From: Curvularia clavata
Taxonomy: Eukaryota
Reading direction: 5' to 3'
Assembly (NCBI GenBank): GCA_023920165.1
Contig: CP089278.1
Coordinates: 806,001-870,000, forward strand
Length of the DNA stretch: 64,000 nucleotides
How positions within the stretch are numbered: the stretch's first letter is position 1; every line of letters begins with the position of its first letter. Below, one piece after another: positions 38,245-51,160 of this stretch. Below the pieces are notes generated by a model, which saw nothing but the letters and a program-made list of their open reading frames with translations, made no database searches and was not told the origin of the DNA. Both the position numbers and the translations under genes were made by a program.

Positions 38245-39522
38245 ATGTCTACCCCTTACCGGCCTAGTTCGAGATTGTCTACAAATTCCAGGTTTCCTTC
38301 ATCCATCCTGGCGCAGCTGCTCGATGAGATCAATGGGAGGACTGAAACTCCTGCAGCTTCATGCAACAGCGAACCTTCACGGACTTGTAAAAGGTACACT
38401 GACTGGACAATGCTGTTACCTAGGCAGGCTAACGTAAACAGAGTGAGATTGGATCAAGGCACAGAGAAGCGTACGCCTTCAGTCCGCGTCGGTGGGTCTG
38501 CCGTTGCTCAAAATACCGGCGAGAGACTTCGGGCGGTCGGCAAGGCGCATTCAAAGAAAACGAACATACTTCCTGAGCATCACGGCCTGGGTGAGGAAGC
38601 TTTGCCACGACCACGACCCAATCTGGGTAGGTTAACGACGCAGTTTCCGGCACCATCTCACGAGGTCGCTCAATCAAGCTCAGAACCGACGTCCAGCGAG
38701 TCCGGCTTATCATCGACTGCATCCTATGACGAGGCTCCATCTTCTGCATTGACTGCGTCTTCTACGAATGCGACGGTTGCACTGTCTCACATTGGTTCTG
38801 GAAATAACATCCGTATGTACAAACCCTGTCTTTGGAACTGATTAAGCATGTGAAGCACGACTATTTATACGGTGCTTATCATGTTTTTCACATTTCGAAG
38901 ACTACATTTCCAGCAACACTTTCTTGCTAACAAAGTCACAGCTCATAAGAGAGAACGAGATATCGATGACACCGAATGCCAACATGTGTCGAAAAAGATG
39001 CGTTTGATGCCATCTTCGGACGTTCAGGACTCCGCCACTGCAAAAGGCAAACCGAAAATCACCACGGATCCTCAGGGTCTTGTAAATAGTGGAAATGTGG
39101 TATGGGGGAAGGCATTCCCTGACAGGACAATGGCTCCTACCTCCACAGGCCCTCCTTCTTCTGGACATGGCGTTGCCACGGATGATCTAGTATCTGCCAA
39201 AGTGCTCCGACCGGCAATGCCTCAGCGAGAGTCGGGATGGCAACGGACTTGTACGACTCCAGACCGACCAGAGACGCCAGAGACGCCAAGTTGGGCACGA
39301 TCCTTCCATCTCGTTGACACAAGTGGTTTCACGTCCGAGGGAGATATCTCTATTTACAAGTCCCTTCCTATGAGCCAGGGGGAAGAAGATCCACTCTGTG
39401 AGTATTGTTTCCGCCGACACGGTTTGTTCAGTAGGGTACTGGAGCACGGCTGCGAGACGTGCGGGCGGGAGAAGTGTCTGCGCGAATATTATTGGGGGCC
39501 TGCAGTTGGTTCAAACTACTAG
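38245..39522 (+). CDS. Hypothetical protein with a C-terminal CxxC...CxxC cluster (spliced; start uncertain)
   Basis: ORFs 38245-38841 and 38872-39522 probably joined by an intron (GTATGT ~38813...CAG ~38913); CEYC...CETC at the end. Confidence 0.5.
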
Positions 39523-39816
39523 TTTAGAATGTTGTTGTTGTTCTTACGAAGTTGGTTTATCTTCTCGACGTAGAAAATTAAGAATGCAAGTACAACGTCA
39601 GACTAATTCTCGTGATGCTTTTTACACCCACTCTTGCTTGATTTGTTACTACAATTAGTGAGGCTAATAGATGCTAAAGAAGGTATGAACCCCATCCAGC
39701 GAAAACAAACATTTCCGCTCATGCATCTACTTACCAGCCTGTATCATCCAACTCTGCCAGATTTTTTCTTCCGCTCCCGATCTTTCTTTTCTTTTCCCGC
39801 ATATAATTTCTCTTTA

Positions 39817-41681
39817 ATTCCTTGACACAGTTAGTCTGGAGCTCCCCAAGCAACCGTGGATTACAGTCCTCGTATTCGTATTCTTACCACTGTTCTTTTG
39901 CCACCACCGCGTATCAGTACCACTGATCTCTCTTTTTACGAAAACGAGAAATATCATTACTCCAAACAGTAACTTCCGCATCAACCATGGAATACTGGCT
40001 CGCAATCGCGTTCCGAGTACCCACAGTGCCGAATTGCCTTCCACGGTGCCCCGTTTCTCGCTATACGAGAGCTAGACAGCAAGAGACATGATTACCACAA
40101 ACAGCAACTCCCGCATCTCCCATCGAACACTGTCTCGCACTCGCATTTTGAGTGCGGCTTCTCCCGTTGTTCTGGGTTATTCCTAGCGCCATTTGACATG
40201 CCATGACATGACTCTGCTGTCCCGTCTGTGTCTCACAATACGACTACAACTGGCCTATAGAGCGAGACAGAAAGCGAGACAGGCGATATTGCCATAAGCA
40301 GTAATATTCTACTCACTGTCTCTTCCTCTGTAGATTTCTGCGCCGCATTCGGGTTCAAATAGTCCCACATTTTTCCTTTCGGCGTGTCACTCTTTTCTAC
40401 ATCTCGTTTTGTAATGCTGATGCGAGTCCGAGAGCTTGAGGATTACTATACCCAGTAATTTCCTACCCGCACCTTCTCTCAATGTGGATTACTGCATCGT
40501 ATTCGCATTCTCTCACGTCCTTTCGATGTTCTCCCTCTAGTAGATCTTTTTTTCCGCAGCCACTTTTTCCTAACGCCACTTAATCTGCCATGACTCCTTT
40601 GCAAATGTTACTATAAAAGCGAGGTAGTACGCGTAGCAAGAGAGCGAGTCCGAATTGCCAGAAGTAGTAATCAGCCTCTTTATTCCTGCTTTGCTGTAGA
40701 TTCCTGTGTCGTATTCGGGTTCAAACATCCGTCTTTCCTTTTTTCCACCGTGTCTGCCATTTACTTGCTCTCTCTAGCGCCACTACGACATGACTCTGCA
40801 ACATGTGTCATCGCGAAACGAATAGGGATCAAGACCGAGAGAGCAAGTTACCACAAGTGGTAATATCTCACCCACTCTTTACTCTTCTGTAGATTTCAGT
40901 ATCGCGTTCGTATTCAAACAACTCCACAATTTGCCTTGTGACGTGGGATAGTTTACACGCCTTCTCTACCGCCAGTGCAACGTGACTCCACCCACTGTCA
41001 TACACAAAGGGAAAGCAAGAGATACAATTACCACAAGCAGTAATATCCCACTCTCCTTCGCTATCCTGTAGATTCCTGCATCGTGTTCGCATTCTCCTCC
41101 ACCAATCCACTTTCTTGGCAATCTTTTTCCCTAGCGCCACCATGACTCTCCCGTCCCATCCCACTCTGTCGGTTTCCCACCGAATGCGAGCCCACGACAG
41201 TTGAATTACCAAAAACAGCAACTTCTAACTCTCCTTCCCGTTTATCGTAGATTACTGCTCGCACTCGCTTTTTCTTCCTAGCGCCACGTTGCCATGGCAT
41301 GTCATCTCCCGTCCCGCGTCCCAAGCTGTCGGTTTCAGACTACCACTACTACCGCCACTACCGCCGCCTAGAACGAAGCAGAGAGAAAGAGAAAGAGAGA
41401 GAATACAGAGAGAGCGCTAGAGAGTTACTACAAACAGTAATACCTCTCTTACGCTATGCTCTGCCGTGGATTCTAGCATCGTATTCGGATTCCAACGTAT
41501 GCGTATCTGTAGTTTCTTTTTCTTTACGTACGTAGGAGAGAGTCTGCTTTTTTGCCCAGATCCTCATCTCCACATTCTACATTTTCCTTATCCCACTGTG
41601 CTGACCTCATTCATCTCTACCTACGGGAGTACCCACATAATATTTGCGAACACGAAGCAGAATGCGAGCACAGTATTCCAC
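39817..41681. repeat. Degenerate noncoding tandem array, ~10 units of 135-219 nt
   Basis: Motif RTTRC-N8-GYAAY at 39956, 40091, 40288, 40442, 40654, 40847, 41027, 41205 and 41424, each followed by a GTAGATTMCTGCATCGTATTCGCATTC-like motif. Confidence 0.85.
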
Positions 41682-42688
41682 ACTCTAGCCCTAAATTCCC
41701 TTTTCTGGTCATGCTACGTACGTACTGTTTTGTCGTCGCATTCGCACTCACGCGTCAGTGCCAGCGTAGCGGTGAACAAAAAACACATGTGTACATACAT
41801 ACGTGGTTAGTCCATGTGAGCATGGACAGTGCTTTTGTTTTTACACCTTCGGATTCTGGTTCGGATTCTAGGGCTGCATTAGCGCGCGCGCACGTGTGTG
41901 TGCTTGTGTGGACCCTGGGGGAAGGGGGCCGTTTCCGGTAATAAACGCACGGAGAGTACTCCGTATCTAGTACACAGACGCCTAGATTCCAACTACGAGC
42001 TACTCCTAGTATGGGACATGCAAGCAAAGAGGGACGTGGAAGTATCGGAGAAGCGGCACTGGATATTTTCTCGCATGGAGATGCGCAGAGGAGAGCGAAA
42101 AAAAAACAAGGAAGAAGTAAGATACCGTAAATCTTCGTATTCTCTTTCTGTCTCGGTTTCCCTGTCCTGAGAATGGTGCTACCGAGGTTTCGGCGGTACA
42201 AGCCGAAAAGCTAGACACGGAAGATGCCATGTGCACATCCAGGCTGCTTACTATGTTTGATGCTAGACTAGTAGTATTACCTCAAGCGTTGGACTACTTC
42301 CCTCGATTGAGAATGGATCCTCTTTCGACATACAAGGAAACACGCAATTTCACGAGGAGCGAGCGGGATGGCATTCGTACACAAAACGAAACATTTTTTT
42401 CTCACTACATGAAAAAAAGGAAAAAAAAGCCAACTAAACACCACGTATGGGTATCAAAAAATATACATACTCATGAAAAACATGAAAAAGAGCGCCACCA
42501 CCGCTGGGCCCACGGCTTGATCCCGAAGAGACACTAACAGAGAGACATGCTAATACCCAAGCGCGACGGCCATCCCGAGATCGTCTCGTTTCCCTTTGGT
42601 TATGTATTGTACGTACACTATAGTGCGACAAATGAGTGTCGAAGTAAGGTCATGACACCGTGACCCATTCCTACAAAGGCCCAACTGG

Positions 42689-45388
42689 CTAAGCGTGTTG
42701 TTGTTGCTGTCGGTTTGCCTCTTGCTTTGACTGCAGATGGTTCATCAAGACGGTGATGTTGTCGCGCGCCTCCGGTACAGTCTCGACAATGTGGCGCAGG
42801 TTGATCATTTGCAGCTCCGAGACGACTGCGTTCTGTGACAGATTGGAAGTCAGGATAGTGACAATGACGGGAGCGTCAATGTACGGTCCGAGAATCTCGA
42901 GCGCTTTTGGAATCTGGTGGTGTGGTGGTGTATGCATGGGCAGGGGGGGAGGTTGCGGGTTTGGCACCATGTTGGCCTGGGGTGGAGCATACGGATTGCC
43001 GTACTGTCCTTGGGGATAGGCTGCGCTGACTGGTGAGAATTGTGGCGCGTGGGGGTTGGTCATCGGTGACGGACTGGGGCCATTGCCGAAAGCAGGCTGG
43101 GCGATCGGCCCAGTCGCAGCTCCCTGGGTAGGATATCGCTCAAAATGTTCAGTAGGTGGAAGCTGAGGCTTTTGATCTGGCAATTTGGCTACGAGAGCCA
43201 ATAACAGCATGTTTTCTTTGCGAGGAGTCTCAATCGTGCAGTACTCCAGCATGTCGATAAAGGGAGGAAGGTTACTACCACCCTCTTCGATGGGAATCAC
43301 ATAAAGATCGCGAAGTATGTCATTACCTTCGACAGGCACCACACCCCATCTGCCACGCGAGTGGAAATATTCGTACAGGTGATCCATGACTGTACGGCCT
43401 TCGGTTGTGACGGGACTCACGGCAAGAATGGAAACCTCGTGGCTCTCTGTATGTCCGATACTCTGTATGTAGTCGTTGCCCTTTGAGCTTTCTATGCGCC
43501 CTTGAATTGCCACAATGTTGGTCAAGAGCTTTTCCCAGGGCACGACTTGTCCAAAGTCGCCACCTGCAACGAACCGAGCAACGGCATCAAATGGTTCCAT
43601 GGATTGCATGTTGATGGAACCGTGCCAGCATACAGTAGGATCCGACGAGTAGCCTGACATTTCCACGTCGTTGTCTTCGTCTTTGAGCAGTCGATCAACG
43701 TCTGCATCGTCCACAGCACTCTGAGGCTTGTCTTGTGTGTGCATCGAGCTGCGGCGACGGTGGAGGAAGGTTTGCTGGTCATGCTGTGGAGAGCGGACCT
43801 TGTCAAAAACAGAGTTGATGTCAAAGTTGGTCGATGCCCGTCGCAGGCCATCATGCTGAGGTGTTTCTGCCTCAGATGCCCTGTGCGTCGCAGGACTCTC
43901 GGGTGGACGTGTACCCACGGGAGAATTCACCGCCGCATCTTCAGTCACGCTGTCGTGCTCGCGCACAGGGGGTTGCTTGAAGTCTTCGTTTTCAAAGTTG
44001 TCTTCGCCAACAATCTCTTCGCCTTTGTGCGTCTTGCGCAGCCGAGGTCCAGTCTCCTCAGTCAGGATCATCTGCTTCTCAGCCGCTTCCCGCATGGCAG
44101 CATACTCGCGTTGCTTGTCCTCGCTCGCCATTTCCTCTGCCTCCATGCTCACAAGATCTTCAGCCTTGAGACTTCCTGAGAGTAGGCGGTCTACGAGGAC
44201 GGTGTTTTTCTTGACATTGAACATGATGGTGCGCATCTTGCCAAAGTATGGCGAGGATCCGCCCGTCGGCTCACCATAGAGATTGAAAGCGGCATGACAC
44301 ATCTGTAGAGTGTACTTGGTAGCAAGAGACTTGGCGGTTTCGCCGTCTGGAATGCGATATCCCCGGGTGTCCGAGGCAGCTGTGATTAGGGGTGCAAGGG
44401 TTTCGCACATCTTCTCAGCGACAGCCTTTTGGTTTTGTGGCAAGGCGTCGATATCGGTAGCCGGAGCGTCCTGCGGCTCAGGCTTGGTCTCCTGTTGGCT
44501 CGACTTTCTGCGCTTCTTGTTTGCGTTGTTCTTATCCGAGGCCGCGTCGTGGCGGCGCTTTTCGCCAAGAGGAGATTGCGGCTGACTCTTGATGCCCTTT
44601 GAGTCGGCATGACCGTTGGAGGCCTCTGGCGTAGGCACAGTGATGGGGGCTGGGGTAGGAGTAGTAGCGTCCGCGGGAGCTGTCGCAGGCTGTGAGGGCG
44701 TGGACTGCTGGGGTGTGGCGGCCTTTTCAGACTGGCCTTCCTGTTTGACATCGCTGGGACGGGACTTGGGCTTGGAGCCCTTCTTGCGCGCCCACGGCCT
44801 CTCGCCACGGGCCATGGCGGCAAGCAACTCTACGTGGTCTTCGGGCTTGCATTGCTCACAGTAGTAGTCTTTGCCCTCCCAGTAATCGCCTTCGGGCAGA
44901 CCCAGGCACTTATTGTGCTGCCAGGCGGTGCAGCTGTCGCAGCAGATCATCTGACGTCCACGAATGTCGCGCTGGTCGCCGCATACACAGCGAATAATGG
45001 CATCCTCCTCCTCTTCGTCGTCGTCGTCTTCGTCGGCATCGGCCGACTGGGTGGAGCGCGCACGCTGAGCTGGGCCCTTTCCATTCTTCTTGATGTGCGC
45101 CTGTCCTTTCTTCTCGGCAGCTGATGGTACCTTTGACTTTGGAGCGGCGGCGGGAGCAGCAGCAGGAGGGGTGGCGGGAGCAGCGGGAGCCGTAGCGGGC
45201 TCGTCGAGCGCATCTTGGTTCTTTGTATGGTGGCCTTTGTTGGCGCGGCCTGAGCGCCTGATCTCGTCTGTGGCAACAGTATCAGCATTGTGCGGGTTGG
45301 GGGCTGTCGTGTGCGCGCGCGTGGTGCGCGGGGCGCGCAACGGAGTGCTTGTACGGGCGCGTGTAGATGGTGTCTGCTTACCGGCCAT
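42689..45388 (-). CDS. BYE1: Transcription factor BYE1 (PHD + TFIIS-central + SPOC)
   Basis: IRCVCG...MICCDSCTAWQHNKC...YYCEQC PHD finger; KMRTIMFNVKKN...L..M..EEMAS; SPOC-like DLYVIP. Confidence 0.9.
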   Translation of the reverse strand: MAGKQTPSTRARTSTPLRAPRTTRAHTTAPNPHNADTVATDEIRRSGRANKGHHTKNQDALDEPATAPAAPATPPAAAPAAAPKSKVPSAAEKKGQAHIKKNGKGPAQRARSTQSADADEDDDDEEEEDAIIRCVCGDQRDIRGRQMICCDSCTAWQHNKCLGLPEGDYWEGKDYYCEQCKPEDHVELLAAMARGERPWARKKGSKPKSRPSDVKQEGQSEKAATPQQSTPSQPATAPADATTPTPAPITVPTPEASNGHADSKGIKSQPQSPLGEKRRHDAASDKNNANKKRRKSSQQETKPEPQDAPATDIDALPQNQKAVAEKMCETLAPLITAASDTRGYRIPDGETAKSLATKYTLQMCHAAFNLYGEPTGGSSPYFGKMRTIMFNVKKNTVLVDRLLSGSLKAEDLVSMEAEEMASEDKQREYAAMREAAEKQMILTEETGPRLRKTHKGEEIVGEDNFENEDFKQPPVREHDSVTEDAAVNSPVGTRPPESPATHRASEAETPQHDGLRRASTNFDINSVFDKVRSPQHDQQTFLHRRRSSMHTQDKPQSAVDDADVDRLLKDEDNDVEMSGYSSDPTVCWHGSINMQSMEPFDAVARFVAGGDFGQVVPWEKLLTNIVAIQGRIESSKGNDYIQSIGHTESHEVSILAVSPVTTEGRTVMDHLYEYFHSRGRWGVVPVEGNDILRDLYVIPIEEGGSNLPPFIDMLEYCTIETPRKENMLLLALVAKLPDQKPQLPPTEHFERYPTQGAATGPIAQPAFGNGPSPSPMTNPHAPQFSPVSAAYPQGQYGNPYAPPQANMVPNPQPPPLPMHTPPHHQIPKALEILGPYIDAPVIVTILTSNLSQNAVVSELQMINLRHIVETVPEARDNITVLMNHLQSKQEANRQQQQHA

Positions 45389-46045
45389 GGTGGTGGGACA
45401 CGGATAATGGGCTCAAAAAATAGACGATACCACGAATGCAGCTTATGCTATGTGCGCAACAAGATTCAAAGAAAAAACTCTCTACGGAAACCCCAATTCA
45501 GGTCTGCGCGTGGCGATGGAGGCCAGCGGACAAGGCCCACGAGCCGGCTTCTAACTAGTCCTGGAGCGCCCAGCAGCTCTCGTGCTCCTGCCTATTTGTG
45601 CAGACAGAAGGCGCGATGCGAGGCGTGCCTGCCGAATATCAGTCGCAGCTTCCTTGTGCGCGTGTCTTGCGTAGGCTGAGCAGCCGACGGCGCACCCGGG
45701 AGCGGCGCAGCAAGAGCGACAATGGCGAGCGGGAGCGATGCCCCGGAGTGTGCGCTTGTTTGCGAGTGCTTGGTGAGGCAGCAGAGAATGGCGGGTCGAA
45801 TGCCGGGCTGAGGCGCGGAGTGTCGTGTGGTGTGAGGATGGATGGAGTCAGTGAGGAGGCAGTGGAGCTTGGACGCTGGCTTTTGCCGATGGCTTGGCTG
45901 CCGTAATCCCAGCCCACTAGCGAGCCATGGACCCTGTACGCGCTGCCTCCAGCTGCTTTGCTGAACAAGCTCGCAACCACGACGCCAAACGACGACGACG
46001 ACGACCAGCACCCGTCCTAGACTACTCAAACACCATCAGCGAACA

Positions 46046-46774
46046 ATGGCCGACGCCAGAGCCCTCTTGCGACAACAGCGTGCTGCACGGCAACAGGCCC
46101 AGAAGCCCCAGAAGCCTTCGCCCGCACCCGCAGCAGCACCAACGTCGAGGAAGCGCAAGGCGGCGGATGAGGTTGTCGAGGAGAGAAAACGGACGCGAAC
46201 CGACGAGGAAGAGGCGGCCGGTGTTCCAGCAGGCTTCTTCGATGCCGGCGCGACAAAGGACCAGGACGAAGTCGCGCCTGCTCCAGCAGAAGAGAGCGTG
46301 CCAGTACCAGACGTCCAGCCTCCACAGCCTCCGGCGCCCGCCAATCCGCCGCTCGATTCAGCCGCGCAAGCAGAGCTCGATGCCTTCATGAACGAAATGA
46401 GCACTGAGAAGGCGGCTCCACCGCCTACCAAACCCACCTACTCGGGCGCAGTCATAGAAGCAGCACCCATGACAGCCGCTCAGCTTGCCGCGCAGGCACG
46501 CGAAGAACAGAGCGCACAACGGGCCAAGAGAGACGAAGAAATAGAAGGAGAGAAGGAAGACGCGGCGCGTGCTCTTGAGGACGAATTTGAAGAGATGGAC
46601 GGACTCGAGGAGAGGGTCAAGAGACTGCGTGAGCAGAGAGAGGCGTTGCGAACGGCCTCTGGGCGGGTAGTTGAGCCAGAAGAGGCAGTGCCAGCCGCTA
46701 CCCAGAAGGATGAAGACGACGAGAGCGAGTCGGAAGACGAGGACTGGGACGACTGGAGGTTCCGTCCCGCCTAG
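46046..46774 (+). CDS. Coiled-coil nuclear protein, ZNF830-like
   Basis: MADARALLRQQRAAR, VPAGFFD, LEERVKRLREQRE and DWDDWRFR. Confidence 0.65.
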   Translation: MADARALLRQQRAARQQAQKPQKPSPAPAAAPTSRKRKAADEVVEERKRTRTDEEEAAGVPAGFFDAGATKDQDEVAPAPAEESVPVPDVQPPQPPAPANPPLDSAAQAELDAFMNEMSTEKAAPPPTKPTYSGAVIEAAPMTAAQLAAQAREEQSAQRAKRDEEIEGEKEDAARALEDEFEEMDGLEERVKRLREQREALRTASGRVVEPEEAVPAATQKDEDDESESEDEDWDDWRFRPA

Positions 46775-47236
46775 ACAATAGTGCTGTGTCTAGTCAGCGA
46801 GATAATGAGCGTTCCGCATATGTATTATAGTATAGCATACCACATTGGTGATACCCGGGGCAGGCGTTTCCAAGCATTAATCCATCGACTTCTTTGGCCG
46901 GGCAGTCCCTGTCATGACCCATTCACCTTCAATCGACGCACGTGCCATGTTGTAAGTCCCAACCTAGCTGGCAACGCGGCAGCTCAGCCATATATAGGAA
47001 TAGAAGTAATGTTTGTCGCATGGAGGGGGTGGTGGGCAGCGGTGCCAAGACGAGCGTCATTGGTAGGGCACAACGAACACTTCAGGCACGAATGAAACAG
47101 CCCCATCCCCACTCACCCACTCCCGTCGACATTGACACGTGCACTCGCGAGAGACTGCTTTTCCCTCCCTATCGCGCGCCGACTCTACGCCTCCACAAGC
47201 CAACCTCAGTCTCCGCACACCACAGTCTACCCCACA

Positions 47237-48947
47237 ATGTCACGACGGCCCAACCCTGCCGCTGATCGGGCGGAACAGAATCGCGCCACACTGAAGAACT
47301 TGGTCAAGCTCGAGGGCAACAAGACATGCTCAGACTGCAAGCGGAACAAGCGTACGTCCTGCGCGGCAATTCTATTGTGCGCCTGCTAACGCCATCGCAG
47401 ACCCACGATGGGCAAGCTGGAATCTGGGCGTCTTCATATGCATTCGATGTTCGGGCATACACCGTGGCATGGGAACGCACATCAGCAGGGTCAAGTCTGT
47501 CGATCTCGATACCTGGACCGATGAACAACTAGAAAGTGTACTGAAATGGGGAAACACGCGAGCCAACAAGTACTGGGAGGCGAAGCTGGCACCGGGACAC
47601 ATTCCGTCCGAGGCCAAGATTGAGAACTTTATCCGTACAAAGTACGAGTCGAAGCGCTGGGTCATGGACGGACCTATGCCGGATCCTTCTACTCTGGACG
47701 ATGACGACGACGATGTGGTAAGTTCGCCTTTTTGAGGCCACCTTGTGTTTAGTAGACAAAGACTGACAACATGCTAGCCATTGAAGAAAGTCCAAGAGAA
47801 GGTCCAAATAGAACGCTCGGCTTCGCAACGTCTGGCTCAAGGCCGCGCCCCACCGCCTCAACAACGAGCGCCACCACAGCCCGCTATTGACCTATTTGGA
47901 GATGATCCTGTTCCTCAGCGGCCGAGCACCGGACCACCAGTGGCTGCTCGGGCGCCACCAAAGGCCGAAGCAGCTCCTCCGAAGCAGCACAAAGCAGGAG
48001 ATTCATTGTTGGGTCTGGACTTTCTGGGTGGCGGATCTTCTGCTGCGCCCGCTCGCCCATCCAGCACTGGTCCTGCTGCTGCGGCAGCGCCTTCAAGACC
48101 AGATCTCAAGCAATCGATTCTGTCTCTATATGCCGCAAAGCCCGCAGCAGCGCCTCAGCCACAACAGCATGGCCGACAAGACTCTTTCGGAGGACTCGGC
48201 GCATCCCAGGGACAAGCATCTCCACAACAATCATCTTTTGGTGGGTTGAACGATGCATTCAGTAGTCTGTCTTTCAACGCAGCCCCGGCCCCCAAGCCCT
48301 CGCCATTCTCTGGTCTTGATGGTCTTTCAGGCAAGAAATCACCGCCTGCACAGTCTTCTTCAAACATGTTTGGTGGTGGCGGCAACTTTTTCGATTCAAA
48401 GCCAGCCTCACAGACTCAGTCGCAGAGTCGCACCATGAGCCCTACTGGTAACTTTAGCGCCTTTTCTTCACCTGCGCCGTCCAAGCCGGCAGCACCAGCA
48501 GCTTCTGGTATGGCTGACCTCCTGGATCTATCCATGCCTTCTGCGCCTGCGCCCGCACCAAGCGCCACCTCTCCACCACTAGCATCGCCGCCCGCCAGTT
48601 CTGCATTCAACCTATCCTCACCTGCGCCCACGCCCGCTGCCAAGTCTACACCTGCTGCTCCAGCAGTTAACTATTCCGGATTTTCCAACATGGATGCCTG
48701 GGGCGGTAACGATGTGTGGGCATCCTCTGCACCCAGCCAACCTGCCGCAACCACTACAACGGCTCCTGCACCATCAACGTCTAGCTGGGGTACGCCTCAA
48801 GTTACTCATGACGACGACTTTGGCGGCTGGAGTAGTGCTGCACCCACGACCACCACGACCACCTCGCACACTACAACCACGCAGACCAAGCCTGCCGGAG
48901 GATTCGGCGGTGCTAGCGATGATTTGTTCTCGAATGTTTGGGAGTAA
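47237..48947 (+). CDS. ArfGAP of the SMAP/Age2 type
   Basis: CSDCKRNK-[intron]-PRWASWNLGVFICIRCSGIHRGMGTHISRVKSVDLD; disordered tail with DLF/LLGLD motifs. Confidence 0.92.
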
Positions 48948-49486
48948 ATATCGTGCTAGTAATCTGGGAGGAGGACTAACGATTTGACAACTGAGGGCCA
49001 AAGTGGAGGGTGTAATGTACATGGTATACATGATTTGCTATAGAAAAGGTCTGAACTTGTACATCAAGAAAGAAAACCCCCAAATGCTTCCAACTGTTCG
49101 CTTGTTGCCTGTGGACGCCGTGTATGCAAGGAGAGATGGACATGGTGTGTGTCCAGTCTTCCAAAAAATAGAAAGCGTTGTACAGTGCGAATCTCTTGCT
49201 GCTTGCCCTTCTCTTCTTTCGCCTGGTGTGTGCATATGTGTAACCGCCGCTCTTTCGTATCTCCCAAACCATGCCTGTGGTGTCGTCCTACCCATCCTCC
49301 ATTCCATTTGACCAGCCGGTCTGAAATTCCACATTTTCTGTTTCCCCTACCGTTTCAATCAGCCATCTAAATCAATATGCCCCCTCTTTCCCTTCTCTTC
49401 CCTTCCCGTCCCTGTCTCTCCCTCCCATCTCCCACAATTGCGTTGTTCCCCCCTATTCTTGCACGATTCGTCCTCTGTTCATTTCT

Positions 49487-49909
49487 TCAAAACACCAAAT
49501 GCCAAATCCAATACAGCAGCACAAACGCCGCGATAATCATCCCACTCAACTTGAGCACCGCTACTTTATTCCCCGACGCAGCCATGCGCGTGAGCCGTGT
49601 GGCAGAACCTTTTAGTGACGTGGTGAAGTTGGAGAATGTTTCGCTCTAGATACACAGCTTACGTTAGCGACTGGTGATCATGGGGCTGAAAAGCCGGGGA
49701 GGAGGAGAAGGGTGGGAGGATGAAGTACAGGTGGGTATAAGGGAAAGAGCAGAGGGATAGAAGGGATGCAGACATACGGTACTATCAATAACATGCTGGT
49801 CGCGCGCACTATCATATATGTCTATCGTTACGCCACGCAGCGCAGACACTTTGGATGCGAGTTCATCGAGGCGCGAGTCGTTTTGTTGTTCGCGTTCGTA
49901 GGCCGACAT
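49487..49909 (-). CDS. Qc-SNARE (Bet1/Sft1-like), two exons
   Basis: EQQNDSRLDELASKVSALRGVTIDI SNARE motif; intron ~49777-49646; C-terminal TM MIIAAFVLLYWIWHLVF*. Confidence 0.85.
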
Positions 49910-51160
49910 GTTTGTGGGTGTTCTCAGTCGCTTTTTTGGGTTCTCGTGGATAGGAAGACAGTGCGATAGAGGATTCGTTTTTTCGGGTGCGGAGGAGTTG
50001 GAGGGTGTTTGAGGCGTTGCGCTGGGATGGGATGCACTGGACGCCGAGGTGTGACGTTGGATGCCAAGAAGAGGACCCTGGACGTTTGGGGTTTAGTGCG
50101 CTGGGGATATCTGGGGAAAGAAGGGTGTGGCTGAGGTGGGGAGGTGGGAAGGTATAGAGATGATGCGATGGGATTCAAGGAGTATGGACAGTGCTGCGAA
50201 GGAGGAATTGAGAAGAGAGAAAGTTGATCATTGAGGATCTGTAGTTGGTAGCGGAATAGCATTACATTTCAGCAGTCTCTAAATGGTGGGCTGGGTCACT
50301 ATGAACTCAGGGAAGTATTCTTGTACAGTCTCGATTTGCATCCTATTTGGTCCTGCTACAGTTGACCTCTAGTAGACTTCAGAAGCACGTTAAATCTAGC
50401 ATCGCCTTCTATGCAGGTACAGCGCGTCGTCTGCAGGTAAAGTGCTTCAACTGCTGGTTGAGCTAGAGCTCAGCTGCAAGACCCACTCGTCAGCATCTGG
50501 CACACCATGTTACCGTGATATCTACAACACTGAAAGCAAGCAAGCAAACCCATGCCTATCTGCATATCTCCAATATCGGCCCACCTCACCCAGCGGGAAA
50601 GTGAGGAGACAGCAGGCGGAACGAAGTCTTGTTTGGGATTAGTGCAAGACGTCACAAAGTCAGGATCCTCCTCCACCCAGCCACCGACGACAAGGATCGT
50701 CACTCGTTCACGTCGTCTTGGGTAAAATGCCTCTGAAATATGGGCCTGTGCTCGGCTCAAGGCGAGAGCTAAGCAGAGCCAAGAGAGCCACCCCGCACAC
50801 TGCATACAACGTTGCAGTGGGAACGGCGGGGAGTCTCCGCTCCCCTGTCCTCGATAAGTACCTTATGCTAGGTATTATTCGATAACATGGCCCATCGTTC
50901 GGTGCCGAGACGGCTTCTCTCGTGCCAATTTTCCGGTCATGACTGCGCATCTGCAGGAGACGGAGGGAGTTGACCCGTGCCTTACAGGGCACAATGGTAG
51001 ATTGTACCGAGCATACAAAAGACGTCGTGCCGACGATGAAGTGCAATTGATCTCCAACCTTCTTATCATAGTTGGCGACAGCTCCAACCTTTGATTTGTT
51101 TTCTTGGATGAACAAATCCTGCGGCTTGGTTCCTCGTCAACCCTATCCTGGCTGCTCATA

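Noticed and set aside
39817..41681. CRISPR array, or coding repeat
   Set aside because: Eukaryotic context, degenerate repeats, irregular long spacers, no cas genes and no sustained reading frame.
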